The notes beneath the pieces were generated by a model. That model saw nothing but the letters and a program-made list of their open reading frames with translations, searched no databases and was not told the origin of the DNA. A DNA stretch of 64,000 nt, taken from the NCBI GenBank assembly GCA_951406725.2, contig OX597815.1, positions 115,444,001-115,508,000 of the forward strand, written 5' to 3'. Shown one piece after another: positions 16,211-30,585 of this stretch (position 1 is the stretch's first letter; each line of letters begins with the position of its first letter). The translations under genes and the position numbers were made by a program. This DNA comes from Octopus vulgaris. Lineage: Eukaryota.

Positions 16211-16450
16211 ATATATGTATATATATGTATATATATATGTATATATATATATATAGATAGATATATGTATATAAATATATAGGTAGATATATGTATATAT
16301 ATAGATAGATAGATAGATAGATATATGTATATAACTAGATATATGTATGTATATATAGATAGATATATATATGTATATATATATATGTATATATGTATGC
16401 ATATGTATATATCTATGTACATATACATAGACATATGTATGCATATGTGC

Positions 16451-16482
<32 letters not shown>

Positions 16483-16557
16483 GTGTATATATATATGTAT
16501 ATATATATGTATATATATATGTATATATATATGTATATATATATGTATATATATATG

Positions 16558-16590
<33 letters not shown>

Positions 16591-16736
16591 GTATATGTAT
16601 ATATATATGTATATATATATGTATATATATATGTATATATATATGTATATATATATGTATATATATATATATATGTATATATGTATATATATATGTATAT
16701 ATATATTGTATATATATGTATGTATGTATATATATG

Positions 16737-16775
<39 letters not shown>

Positions 16776-16933
16776 GTATATACATATATATATATATATG
16801 TATATACATATATATATATATATATGTATATACATATATATATAGATATAAATATATATAGACATATAGATATAAATATATATAGATATATAGATATAAA
16901 TATATATAGACATATAGATATAAATATATATAG

Positions 16934-17004
<71 letters not shown>

Positions 17005-17005
17005 T
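16211..17005. repeat. (TA)n/(TAGA)n microsatellite array
   Basis: Directly visible. Confidence 0.95.
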
Positions 17006-17919
17006 ACACAAACATACATATGCATCCATGTGTATGTATGTGTACTGAATTATAATTTCCATCATACATACATTAAATTTATCCAATTTGTTACGTTTGA
17101 AATCAAAGTATTATAATCTGTAAAGACAAGTAAAGTAGTTATGCTACTCTTGCCAAAGATTGCAAGAAAATATCAGATAAGGATATATTACTGATATTTC
17201 TTTGGTAAACCAGTTATAAACTCTCCTTCAGAATATCTGCCCTTTTCTGATATTGTCATGTCTTGATTTGCACATTATACATTTTATTAATCTGATAACT
17301 GTCAGATATTTGTTTATAAAAATAGTCTGTTAGATGCTCATATGTAATGTCTAATGGGTTTTACTGCTGGCAGTCTCAGTTAAATTTCAAACATTTATTA
17401 TTCATAAAAATATTTACTTATAAATAATCCTCTATTGTGTCTTGATATCGCTCTCAAGTCTCTGCTGATACTACTGTCTGCCATATTCTTCTTCATCGAT
17501 ATAACTATTCACTGTATGCTATTCTCAGATATATGCCTATGTGTTACAGTTTTTGCATCTTTAACTAGTGTCATGTTTTTGTGGACACTCCCACTAGTTT
17601 TTGATTTATATCTACTGTACCTACTTTGACATCAATTTTGGCTCTATTATTATTAAGAAGTGTATCAATGTTGCACTCATAATGTCTGTCAAGGTATGTT
17701 ATATTGAAAATATTTCTGAATTTTTAACCGTTTTTGTTTTTCATTCCCATTTCCAGAAGTACTTCTGGATGTTTTTGTTCTTTCTTCACGAGTTTTTAAA
17801 ATTTATGGTATATATATATATATATATATATATACATACACTTCCACACTCCTTTTGAAAACTCCCATCCTCCCTTCCGAAACTCCAATACTGCCTTCCG
17901 AAACTCCCATATTCCCTTC

Positions 17920-18672
17920 CTTCAGGTGAAACTCTCATGGCATCTAACTACATCAGAGACTTGTGAGTAATTGTGGACAACAACGTAAGCTGGACTGCTC
18001 ATATAAACAGCAAAGTTGACATGGCCTGCAGAATGTGTTCCTGAATTCTCAGAACTTTCCAGTCAAGAGATATCCACACCATTATCCTTCTCTTCTCTAC
18101 TTTTGCCCAACCCCACCTTGAATACTGTTGTCCACTGTGGTCTCCCCACATAAAACAAAGTATCATGAAAACTGAAGCACCTCAAAGTCAATTACAAAAA
18201 AGATACATGACAGGTCTTGACTATTGGTGTCAACTAGAAAAGCTCAAGCTTTATTCTCTCCAACGTTGCTATGAGCTCTACATCATCTGCATGATGTGGA
18301 AAATATTCCATCAGCATTGCCCAAATGATGTTGGCATTACCTTTAAGACACACCCAAGATTTGGACCCCATGCTATTTGTCCACAACATAAATCATACTC
18401 ACATCACATAACAACAATACGGAACAATTATTTCACCTCAATTGGTCAAAACACCTTAAAGCAGAAACAGACCCCATAAAGTTCAAGTAGTCTTTGGGAA
18501 AATTCCTTCAAAAAATTCCAGATAAACCACCTATACTTGGATATATCTCTGTAAACAATAACTCTCTCCTTGAGTAGGCCATGTTGTCCAATTCCTGATT
18601 TAAATGACTTTGCCAGGTGGTGCTATTAAGTTAGACATGGCCTGGGCTAATACTGGCCGAATCCTATCAAAG
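17920..18672 (+). mobile_element. CR1/L2-group LINE 3' fragment (decayed)
   Basis: ILRTFQSRD...PHLEYCCPLWSPH..., LDYWCQLEKLKLYSLQRCYELYIICMMWKIF. The tail is duplicated at about 20283-20368. Confidence 0.8.
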
Positions 18673-18725
18673 TATATATATGTATATGTATATGCATATA
18701 TATATATGTATGTATATATGTGCAT

Positions 18726-18772
<47 letters not shown>

Positions 18773-20957
18773 TATATGTGCATGTATGTATTTATATATG
18801 TATATGTATGTACATATATGTGTGTATATATATATATGTATATAATGTGTGTGTGTGTGTGAATAGTGTCTTTTAATAATCACATTTTCATAAAATATCC
18901 ATTTTTAATTGATACAGTTCTTGTTTAATAACTGATAAATGGATTATTTACTTCATCATTAGACCATTCTTATAACTTCTATCTGTCATCCACTAGCATC
19001 TCCCATTTTCTTTTAATAATAAATGGTACATCATGCTATGTGTTTAAGCTGTTTACTTTATAAAGTACACGGTTCTAGGCTCAAACTCTCTGTACAACAC
19101 CTCAGACAATTTGATAGATGAAAACTCTGGAAGTTTGTTGCATGCATGTGTATGTATCTTTCTTTGATGTATATTTGGATAAACGTAAACATTGGTAAGA
19201 AAACCAGTAAGCTTGTGATTCTGAACAAAAATTCCTTGTGGTATTTGTTCTACATAGATAGTACAGATGTTTGCTTGTCACTTTCACTTAATGCAGTAAA
19301 CTAGTGATTATTCTATTAGAAATCTAATGATGTTATTATTCACACACACAAAAAAAAAAAAAGAACAGAAAATGTTACATAACTAAAATTGAAAAAAGCA
19401 AACACCTCTCACTGCTAATAAATTCATCATTCTTAATAATTTGTCAGTATTTATATCTCCTGTTGTCTGTTGAAATATCACTAAGATCTTTTTGAAATGA
19501 GCCAATGAATATTGTAAATATAATTTTTTTATTCAACTGTACAACCAATACTTTTTTTCCCCCATTTTTAACTGGCTCTTACCCAACCTTACACAGCTAA
19601 CTTACATGTATAGCAATTCAATTCTGTATCTAATTCTTTAAATTCTGGTTCCAGTATTGATTGCCAAAGTTTTAGATAACTTCTTTATCTTAATTTTGTT
19701 CTCTCATTTATCTATCACCATTTTAATGTATAAAATTAGTCTCATTTTTAATCTGTACTTTTTCCCCAACAGCTGGCATTAATGTGTCATTCAAATATTT
19801 TTTGCTTTCTAATGTTTCTATCTTTTCTTTACTCTCAACTCTACTATTAGAAGAGCTTTCATTTATTCTTAGTTTTCTCTATTCTTTTTATTAACACAAT
19901 GTCTTCATTAAAGTATTTTTCCTTGTTATTTTCTGTGTTTTTTCTTCTACAAATTTTGAAAAAGGATTTTGTAAACTGTTTAATTCATTTTATTATATCT
20001 TCTAAAGGTTTTACACCTTTTTGTTACTGTTTTATTACTTCTCCAGTCACCTTTATAGTTTTATTTTTGTATTATTCCAATTTTAGTTCAGTCATGTCAG
20101 AATCCATTTCAAATATTATGGTGTTGTGATGTAATTGCTAATTTCTTTGAGTAATACTAATTATATATTGAATATATCATGTTTCTTGATTAATTCATAC
20201 TTAAGAATAATTAACTATTCTCTGTCTTTCATAGTTTTTCGTTTACTATTCTCTATTTTTAACTTTGAAAAACATACATACATATATCTCTGTAAACAAT
20301 AACTCTCTCTTTGAGTAGACTATGTTGTCCAATTCCTGATTTGAATGACTTTACCAGGTGGTGCTATCATCACCTTCCATATGTATACATACGTACATAC
20401 ATAAATATGTGTGTATGTATACACACTTCAGAAACATATCTACATGTGGACTATATCTATATACATACATACATATGTAAAAGATACAAGGAAGTTTTGT
20501 CAGGGTGACTCAAACCAATAAGTATCTGCTGTGGTTTTGTGACTACAATTTCAAAGTGATTAGGTATAAGTTAAATTAAAAAAGAGAGGCAAAAAAGTAA
20601 GCTAGACTTGATCAGCACATTTAATTTAATTTAGTTATATAATGAAAGATAGATATAATCTCTGACTGATTAGCATATTTAGTATATATATCTAATATAA
20701 AACTCCTGGCTACCTATCTTTCTCCCACCAGAGTGTACTTCCTACTCTCAGTATTTGTCCAACTTTGGAACTGCTAGCATCCATTTTTTCCTCACTCTGT
20801 ATTACTATCTAACCATTCTCTATGATCACCCAATCACACTGGGCTTATTTGGATATCTCATCCTTGTTTGGACTAAAGGAACCACAACAACAATCGTTGA
20901 TAAAGAACTTTTATTCCACTGTGACATATGTTTAACATATCTCCATCTAACTCTCTC

Positions 20958-21048
20958 TCTCTCTAATGACGAAATACTCTGCATATGGAGTCTTCACTCT
21001 GCACAATATTCCAAAACCTGGGCCTATCCCAGAAACAGATGTCAGAGA
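20958..21048 (+). ncRNA. Degenerate hammerhead motif with long stem II insert
   Basis: TCTCT CTAATGA ...TATCCCA GAAA CAGATG TC AGAGA. Same ending as the 14.7/15.9 kb family. Confidence 0.4.
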
Positions 21049-21176
21049 CTATCTCTACCTTTCGTTATATGACTAAATTAAATTGAATGTCATTGTCAAG
21101 ACTTATTAATTTGCCTCTCCTTTTTACTTTAACCTATATATGTATATATACATATATATATCTATGTATATATATG

Positions 21177-21207
<31 letters not shown>

Positions 21208-21283
21208 ATATGTATATGTATATATATGTGTGTGTGTGTGTATATATATATATGTAAATATATACTATCTATATATATGTGTG

Positions 21284-21314
<31 letters not shown>

Positions 21315-21453
21315 GTGTGTATATATATGTATATATATATCCATATGAATATATATATGTATATATATATATGTATATATATATATATGCATATATATGT
21401 GTATTTATATACATCTATATATATATATATCCATATGAATATATATATATGTG

Positions 21454-21485
<32 letters not shown>

Positions 21486-21571
21486 TGTATATGTGTGCAT
21501 ATATGTGTATATATGTATATGTATATGTGTGCATATGTGTGTATATATGTATATATATATGTGTGTGTATA

Positions 21572-21657
<86 letters not shown>

Positions 21658-21659
21658 AG

Positions 21660-22440
21660 ATCATCGTTTAACATCTGCTTTCCATGCTGGCATGGGTTAG
21701 ATAGTTTGACTGAGGGCTGGTGAGCCAGATGGCTGCACCAGACTTCAATCTGATCTGGCTGAGTTTCTACCACTGGTTGCCCATCCACTCCAAGAGTGTA
21801 GTGGGTGCTTTTACGTGTCACCGGCATGAGGGCCAGTGAGGTGGTACCGGCAACGGCCTCACTCAATTGGTGTTTTTATGTGCCACCTGCACAGGAACCA
21901 GTCCAGTGGCACTGGCAATGACCTCACTTGTATGTGGTTTTTCAAATTCCACCGGCACAAGTGCCAGTAAGGCAATGATGGTAACAGTCACACTCAAATG
22001 GTGCATTTTACATGCTACTGGCACAGGAGCCAGTCAGCGGCCCTAGCAACAATCACGCTTGGATGGTGCTCTTAGCACTCCACTGGCACAGATGCCAGTC
22101 ATGTGGTGCTGTCATCGAATTTGATTTCAATTTCGATTTCACTTGCCTCAATAGGACTTTGCAAGTAGAGTTTAGTATACAATAAAGGAAAGGTACGCAT
22201 AAGTGGGCTGGTTACACTACTGGCATAGACCATGGGTTATGGTCTCACTTGGGTTCCTGAGTCTTCTAAAGCACAGCATATTTCTAAAAGTTTTGGTCAC
22301 TAGTCATTGCCTCAGTGAGGCCTAATGTTTGAAGGTAGTGCTTCACCACCTCATTCCAGGTCTTCCTGGGTCTACCTCTTCCATAGGTTCCCTCAACAGC
22401 TAGGGTGTGACACTTTTTCACACAGCTATCCTCATCCATA
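21660..22440 (-). mobile_element. RTE-clade LINE 3' end with long internally repetitive 3' UTR
   Basis: Minus strand [32 protein letters not shown]...[10 protein letters not shown], ~65-bp subrepeats and a GTTAAACGATGA tail. Confidence 0.8.
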
Positions 22441-23236
<796 letters not shown>

Positions 23237-23790
23237 TTTTTATCCGGTTCAGCCAAGTGGCTGCGGTCATGCTGGAGCACCACCATGACTTTCCCTCCTT
23301 ATGCTGTGCTCTTTGTATGTTCCTTGCATGGCTCTTCTCCGCCAGCTGATGTAGTCCAATCAAGACTTTCAATGGCACATCTGGAGTATAAGAGAATTTA
23401 ACATCACTGCCCTCAACTGTGTCTCATTTCGAGCCATCGGTTTGTCTGGTATCATGGATAGGAAAGTGTCAAGTTTTGTTTTGAAGACCTCTACATCCAT
23501 GTGTTGCAGGTCTCTCAATTGTTTTGGTAGGGCATTAAACAGCTGAGGTCCTCTGAAACTGAGGCTGTTGCAATACCTTGTTCTTATGTGAGATGCAGTG
23601 GACGGTACCCTTGGTACTATGCAGTGGCGACCTGTGTGGGCATTCGTATAGTACTTGATGCCAAATTTTAGTACCAGTCCTTCCAGTATTTTCCATATGT
23701 AAATTATTACATATCTGTCCCACCTACACTACAAGGAGTAAAGACTTAGTGCCTTTAGTTGCTTCCTGTAGTTTATCTGCTGGACTGTAT
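23237..23790 (-). mobile_element. CR1/L2-group LINE 3' fragment
   Basis: Minus strand encodes a YIWKILEGLVLKFGIKYYTNAHTGRHCIVPRVP...[12 protein letters not shown]-type peptide and ends GGTGGTGCTCCAGCATGACCGCAGCC... Confidence 0.8.
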
Positions 23791-24114
23791 ATGTATCTTT
23801 TATCTTTTACTGGTTTCAACTCACGGTTGAGGTTATGGTGGTGTACCACCTGTAGTTGCTCATTTTTTTTCCGCTATTGCTTTTGGTGAAGTAGCGAGTT
23901 GGATGGAGCTGCTCTTCTTTGTGTTTCCTTCCCAAATGTGGGTTTATCTGGTATCCTTGAAAACTTCCACATCAACACTGTGTAGATCATATATATATAT
24001 ATATATATATAAGAAATAATTAACATTCATTTGAATTAGGTACTTAAGTTGAAACACCGGTGTAAGTCAATCCAGTATTATCCGAACACCTCGAAGTAGG
24101 GTGAATAAAATCAA

Positions 24115-24375
24115 AATCAAAATAAGCAACAGGATATCAAGAAGTGATGCAGTACAACTGTTTCAAGCGGCTTTATTTAATTGAACAATGCAGTCATAAA
24201 CATCAATTTAAATGCAGTGCCATCATCAACTGCAAAAATATGTATTTATTTATTTGTGCAGCTGATGATAGCTCTGTATTTAAATTGGTGTAATGATTGC
24301 ATTTTTCAATTAAATGGAGCCACTTGAAATGGTTGTACTGCATCCCTTCTTGATATCCTGTTGCTCATTTTGATT
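24115..24375. mobile_element. Inverted pair of ~120-bp hammerhead-bearing repeats (PLE-like terminus)
   Basis: 24115-24234 is the reverse complement of 24257-24375. The + arm reads TGCAG CTGATGA ... GAAA TGGTTG TA CTGCA. A third partial copy lies at about 11185-11280. Confidence 0.6.
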
Positions 24376-24506
24376 ATATATATATGTGTGTGTGTGTATA
24401 CATATATATAAGAAATAATTGATATGTATGTATGTACATATATATATGTATGTATATATATATATATGTATATACACACACACATATATATATATATATA
24501 CATATG

Positions 24507-24553
<47 letters not shown>

Positions 24554-24603
24554 GTGTATATTTGGAGGGCAAGCCACTATGTGGTCGGCCGTATATATAT
24601 ATA

Positions 24604-24640
<37 letters not shown>

Positions 24641-24781
24641 GCACACACATATATATATGTATGTAAATATATAATGTGTATATATATATGTATGTGGATA
24701 TGTATATAAGTATGTATGTATATGTGTGTGTATATACATATATATTTATATATATATACCTATGTATATATATATGTATGT

Positions 24782-24813
<32 letters not shown>

Positions 24814-26267
24814 TTGTAAATAGTAAAGAATTACTCCAAACGTTTACTAGTTTGCTCTCAGGTATTCAAAATGGGTTATTCAACAGTTAATATATAAATC
24901 CAGTAATATTCTCATAAGATAAGAATTTAAAGATATATTGTTGGATAATTCTGAATATATTACCTTAACTATATAAGTTTGCTGGAGTATATAATATCGA
25001 CAATAATACTAATAAGGATTATTACAAAGTAGCATAATATTACTTTTAATATATATATAGTTTAGATTCATTTCTAAATTGTACAAAAACAGATCAAGTC
25101 AGTCCCAGATTATCGTTTTCTTTGTTGAGGTGATTTTGAATTGTGAATTTTCTTGTACACAAGAAGAAACAAGGTAGTAAATATATGGTACAAGATATGG
25201 TCTTCGAAGTCCTCTTCTGCAAAAGTCTACTTCATAAATTGAAAACAATGAAGATTCTTATTGTTCCAAAGTACGCTGTGGAAATAGTAGCTAAATTTTC
25301 AATTCCATTAAAAAGATATGGTTACAGGAACTAGATAAAAAGAAGTGATATTAAGTACAAAGTTAGATACAATAATATGTCTTTTATCATTCATTGAGAA
25401 GGTTTGAATGAATAACTTTTCAGGCTTTTGCTTGAAGATTTGTTTTCATGTAGTCTACTCAGGATGAAAAAGTACTTCTCCTGCAGCATTTATCAGATAA
25501 CATAACAAATAAGACTAGATTGATTTGTTGGGGTAGTGTGAAAATAACAAAAAATTGACAATTGTATGCAGAATTTAGGCTCATAGGAAACCAACTTTAG
25601 GAATAGCCTAAATAATTCTACCAAAATGTATATTTATATTCGTACACTTCTTTTCAAAATATGAAATTTTGTCTTATTGAATGTACACACTGATATTTGT
25701 GTTTGAAAAAAAAAAAAATTATCATTGAAAATATGGTATGAACAGGGATTAACTTCCTTCAGTTAATTATTCTGTCGGCGCTGTAATCTTAAATGTCTTG
25801 ACTTCATTATTTCTTTCTTACTCCTCACACACTATTGCTCTCTAATGCACCCTATTATTTTCCCTATTTTTCTACCTTTTTTAACAATTATTTAATTTTT
25901 TTTCTATCATCAACAATATTATCTTTTAAATAAAACTCTTAATTAAACCTAATATTGGTGGGAAGTGTATTTAAAAATTACATTCCTTGTATTGTATTTT
26001 CCTATTAAACATTTTAGTGAATTGGGCTGAAATCAATATCAGTGATTATCTAATCAATAAATGGCAGCATAAGTGTATTTGTGAGTGTGTGTCTTTTAAA
26101 TAAAAATAAAAGCAATGTTAAATATGTGCGTGATTAAACTTATGATTACTTAGTATTATCCTGTTTATAATTGACACTTTCAACAACTATAAGAGAGAGA
26201 AAAATCACGATGCATTTAACAATGGAAATATTAAGCTTTCAGCTTAACTTGAAAATTTCAGGATTAG

Positions 26268-26305
<38 letters not shown>

Positions 26306-26520
26306 TTAGTTGCAGGAATCATGGTAGTTGATGAATAGGTCATCTTCTGGTTTTATCTTGCCTGTTTATGTGTTTAAAATTTATCTTATGATGGTGGGGT
26401 TTTTACTATGGTATAATCTAATGATGCATCAATAAAATGTTACCAAAACAGCTATAGTGAATTCTGAACCCCACTTGTGTTATTCTTTTATGTATATATA
26501 CATATATACATATATATATA

Positions 26521-26740
26521 TTTCGGAATGGTCATATTGTCAGTTTAACCAATAAAAACACACGCACTATATATTTGGTGTTATTTTGCTTCAGTGATAT
26601 TTATTTTTTACATTAATCTTAATCTTATTTCGGCCAGAGTTCTTTCGTCACACTCCTGTGACCGCATCAGTGGTCCTTTGTTTTCTTCTTTCGTATTTGT
26701 GTCTCTCCTTACTAACCGTCAGCCATTTGCACAACAAATG
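26521..26740 (-). mobile_element. PLE-like terminal relic with degenerate hammerhead (26632-26676)
   Basis: GGACCA CTGATGC G GTCACA ggag TGTGAC GAAA G AA CTC TGGCC. Related to 57965-58255. Confidence 0.5.
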
Positions 26741-27263
26741 TTTAAACATATATATATATATATATATTCTAGTGGATGACAAGTTCAGAAAGAACTTATG
26801 TTCAGTAACTTGGGGAAAAGTACTCAAAGATATGTCTGAGAGACAATAAAAATATTTAATCCATAATTGTCAGTTTGATCAAATATATTGCTTTACCTAT
26901 GGCTTATCACCTATGACTCCTGAATAACCACAGGTGAAACAGAATATATTTTGATGGAATAACAATTATAGATTGTGTGTGCATGTGTATATGCATGCAT
27001 ATGTGTGCTGTGTGTGTGTGTTTCTACACATTTGTCTTTTGACCATTTTTTCATGCTAGCATGGGTTAGACAATTGTATTATCAAGGTATTGCTTTACTG
27101 TTGGATGCCCTTCCTGTCACTAATACTTACCTATTTTTCATGTAAGTGATCACTTACTTTATATGTATTTGAAGGTGCAAAATTAGCTGATGATTTGTTG
27201 AAGGAAGAAATGCCAATATCATTACTGGTAGCTTACGATTTTTCAGTGAAGAGCAAATATAAA

Positions 27264-27295
<32 letters not shown>

Positions 27296-27336
27296 AACAT
27301 ATGTGTATACATACATAGCAGCTGCATAAGTGTATA

Positions 27337-27750
27337 TCTTTTATTTTTTACTTGTTTCAGTCATTAACCTGTGGCCATACTGGAGCAATGCCTTAAAAAT
27401 TTTAGTCAAACAAATCAACTCCAGTGCTTATCTTTTTTTAAAACCTGGTACTTATTCTATCAGTCTCTTTTATTGAACCACTAAGTTACTGGTATGTAAA
27501 CACACTAACACCATTTGTGAAGTGATGATAGAGGGCAAACACAGACACAAAGACCCATGCACACTCACACACACACACACATATATACAACAGGTTTCTT
27601 TCAGTTTCCTTCTACCAAATTCACTCATGAGGTTTTGATCAGCCTGATGCTACAGTAGAAGACATTTCCCCAAGGTGCCACATAGTGAAACTGAACCTGG
27701 AACCATATGGTTCAGAAGCAAACTTCTTACCACACAAACACACCTGTGCC
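27337..27750 (-). mobile_element. SINE family A (related copy)
   Basis: Reverse complement of the family A head and tail. Confidence 0.75.
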
Positions 27751-28291
27751 AGGTGATAAAGTTTTTTGTTACATTATCATTATTCATATAATTTTTCAAA
27801 AGTCAATAAATTTCATGACTTCATAAGTTTAGAAACCGAAATAATGCAATTGTGAAATTTCTTCATATTTGGGATTCCAGGTGAGTCCTTGACATTTTTG
27901 ATAGTATTATACTTGTTTTAACATGATAGAAGGGAAAGTATCAAAGTTTGCTGCCTATGAAATAGGCATACATTTATCAGTTACATGAAGCAAATGTGCA
28001 TAAGAGGAGCATTGCTTTACACAAGAGTTGCAAGTTTTTATTCCTGTGTAAAGGTTGTTGCCACCTAAAGAGACACTTTCATTTAACATGACCACCCCAG
28101 AAGTACTGTATCCGTAAAAATGTCCCCAGAAGGTGACATTTCAATATTAAATGACTGCAATTACCATCAAGTAAAGTTTTGATGTGCTCATCAGACTCAG
28201 ACTTTTAGTGGCAAGTTGTTCTTAAGTGGCTCAAGTGATTTTGAACTGAAAGGACAACTTGCTCCCACAAAATTATTAATTTCCACACACA

Positions 28292-28346
<55 letters not shown>

Positions 28347-28359
28347 GTGTGTGTGTGTG

Positions 28360-28400
<41 letters not shown>

Positions 28401-28919
28401 TCAAACATACATATATATATATACAAACATATATATACACACACACATATACATATGCATTTATGTATACATAAATGTGCATGTGTGTATATGTGTATGG
28501 ATATGCATGTATATATAAATATATATGTATGTATACACACGCTATATATACTTCATGATTAATGAATGTATAAATCAAATAAAGGTATAGATAAGAGCAC
28601 TGTAGATTAGGTTAATGGTCATTTTTCTTCTATAAGTCCACTTTCTTCTACAAGTCCCTGTCTTCAGTCCCAGGACTTGTGGCTGGTTACCCAGTTTCCA
28701 TGATATTAAGTTCTATACTATTGTAGAAATAACACTTTTCAATAATAGAGATATTTATTTGAAACAGACTATTTGAAATATTCTTCTGTTACCATTTTTT
28801 AAAGTTAGACAAATGAAATGAGATATTTACTGAATATTTCTGTTACTTCTAGAATTACTTAATTTGGTTTCTCTTACGAGTTTATTTTAACACTCTAATA
28901 AACACATTTTACAAATATA

Positions 28920-29751
28920 CATGTTCTGATCAATAAGTATCCGGACTGTTGCCATAGTAATAAAGCTAAAGCACACAGAATGAAGCCACTTGGCACAGAT
29001 TGACCATGAACTCTGCTGTGCATGTGCACTAAGTTTTATTGTTCTAGCTCCCTTCTGCTATTTACAGTAGTGCTTGGAAGGAAGGTGTGTAGCGTGATCT
29101 TGACAGAAAATGAGCAGAGAATTTGCATTAAATTTTGCTAAAAACTTGGTGATACCTGCTCAAAGGCCTACACAAAGTTTTCATCATTCTTGACACAATC
29201 AAGGAGATTTTGTGCAGCTGAAACCTGAGTGTCTTCTTGGTCAGCTGAAAGCAGTTTCGGCACAAACTTGGCAGATATGCATCTCATACACAAATCTTCA
29301 GTAATAATGGATTGAACTAAACTGTAACTAATTTGCACATCCTCTGTAACTCAAGGATGGTGATTCGATGATTTCCCCACACAGCTGCATGCATATCTGC
29401 GATGTTTGTCTCAGTTCTGCTGGTTGCAAGTCTCCAAGAACGTTCGTGAATTTTGACATTTTTCAGCCATCTTGGAAATGTCTGACCTACTCATACACTT
29501 GTGTGCAGCTCATACACTCTTCTCCATAACTTTCTGCAACTTTGTGCAGGCCTCTGAGTAGGTATTGTCATGACATCTTTCTCTGTCATGGTCAATGCGA
29601 TGATCACATGCTACACACCTTCCTTCCAAGCACTGCTGTAAACAGCGGAAGTGAGTAGAGTTCAAGGTCATTCTTTGCTGAGCAATTTCACTCTGCATGC
29701 TTTAGCTTCATTACTATGGCAACAGTCTGGATACTTATTGATCAGACCTCA
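28920..29751. mobile_element. Internally deleted mariner transposon with long inverted arms
   Basis: TA-flanked ends (TCTGATCAATAAGTATCC(G/A)GACTGTTGCCATAGTAAT inverted). Minus strand EDLCMRCISAKFVPKLLS (WVPHEL-like); plus strand EQRICIKFC. Confidence 0.85.
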
Positions 29752-30292
29752 TACACTAGTGATTAATTTAGGTGTACCAATACATACAAAAATACACTCT
29801 GACATATTTATAATTGATGAAAAATATATGATCTAAAATAATATTCCAAATATTTTCTTCCGCTACAAACTAATTTGATGATATTTATAAAATATAGTAA
29901 ATCATGATAATTGTTTGTTTTACATTTATTATATTAGTGTGTGTGAATCCCATAAACTTTTAGATTGTCAAACATTCTTTAAAATATTTAGTCTGTTTGT
30001 AATATTTTGGACTGTTCTATCTAAGCAGAAGGTATTTTTTATTCTGAGTTAAATTCATGGTAAAGTTTAAACTTCAAACTGTAAGCTACCAAGATTCTTC
30101 TAAATTACAGTCTTCTCTGTTCCTACTGGTGTGTAATATTTTTCCATAGTATTTGTAGGTATCTAGGTAGATTGATGCAGCAAAAGTTCAGTCATCTGAC
30201 TATGGAAGCTCTATGTAATAGTGATGAAATAAGACTCTTCAGCCTATACAGCAAGAAACTATAGACACACCAGGCTTCAAGCATTCACGTCT

Positions 30293-30585
30293 GTCATCAT
30301 CATCAGCATCATCATTTAACGTCCATTGTCCATGCTGGCATGGGTTAGACGGTTTGACCAGGACTGACAAGCTGGAAGGCTGCACCAGACTCCAGTCTGT
30401 TTTGGCATGTTTTCTACAGCTGGATGCCCTTTCTAACACCAATCACTCTGAGAGTGTAATGAGTGCTTTTACACGCCACCAGCACAGGTGCCATTTGTGT
30501 GACACGGGTATCTGCCATGATTGCAGTTTTACTTGGCTTGATGGGACTTCTTCTCAAGCACAGCATAATGCCAAATGGGCTCAGT
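30293..30585 (-). mobile_element. RTE-family 3' UTR copy
   Basis: Same family motifs. Confidence 0.7.

Noticed and set aside
21790-22120. Regularly spaced repeats suggestive of a CRISPR array
   Set aside because: Eukaryotic context, units diverged along their whole length, no cas genes; part of an RTE 3' UTR.
27833-27880. Possible 48-nt exon ending CAG|GTGAGT
   Set aside because: It has a stop in the frame needed to join phase-1 exon A, the acceptor is weak, and there is no UNC80 similarity.
28130-28200. Minus-strand CTGATGA...GAAA(T)GTC hammerhead-like pattern
   Set aside because: Stem II is not adjacent to GAAA and stem I does not pair.
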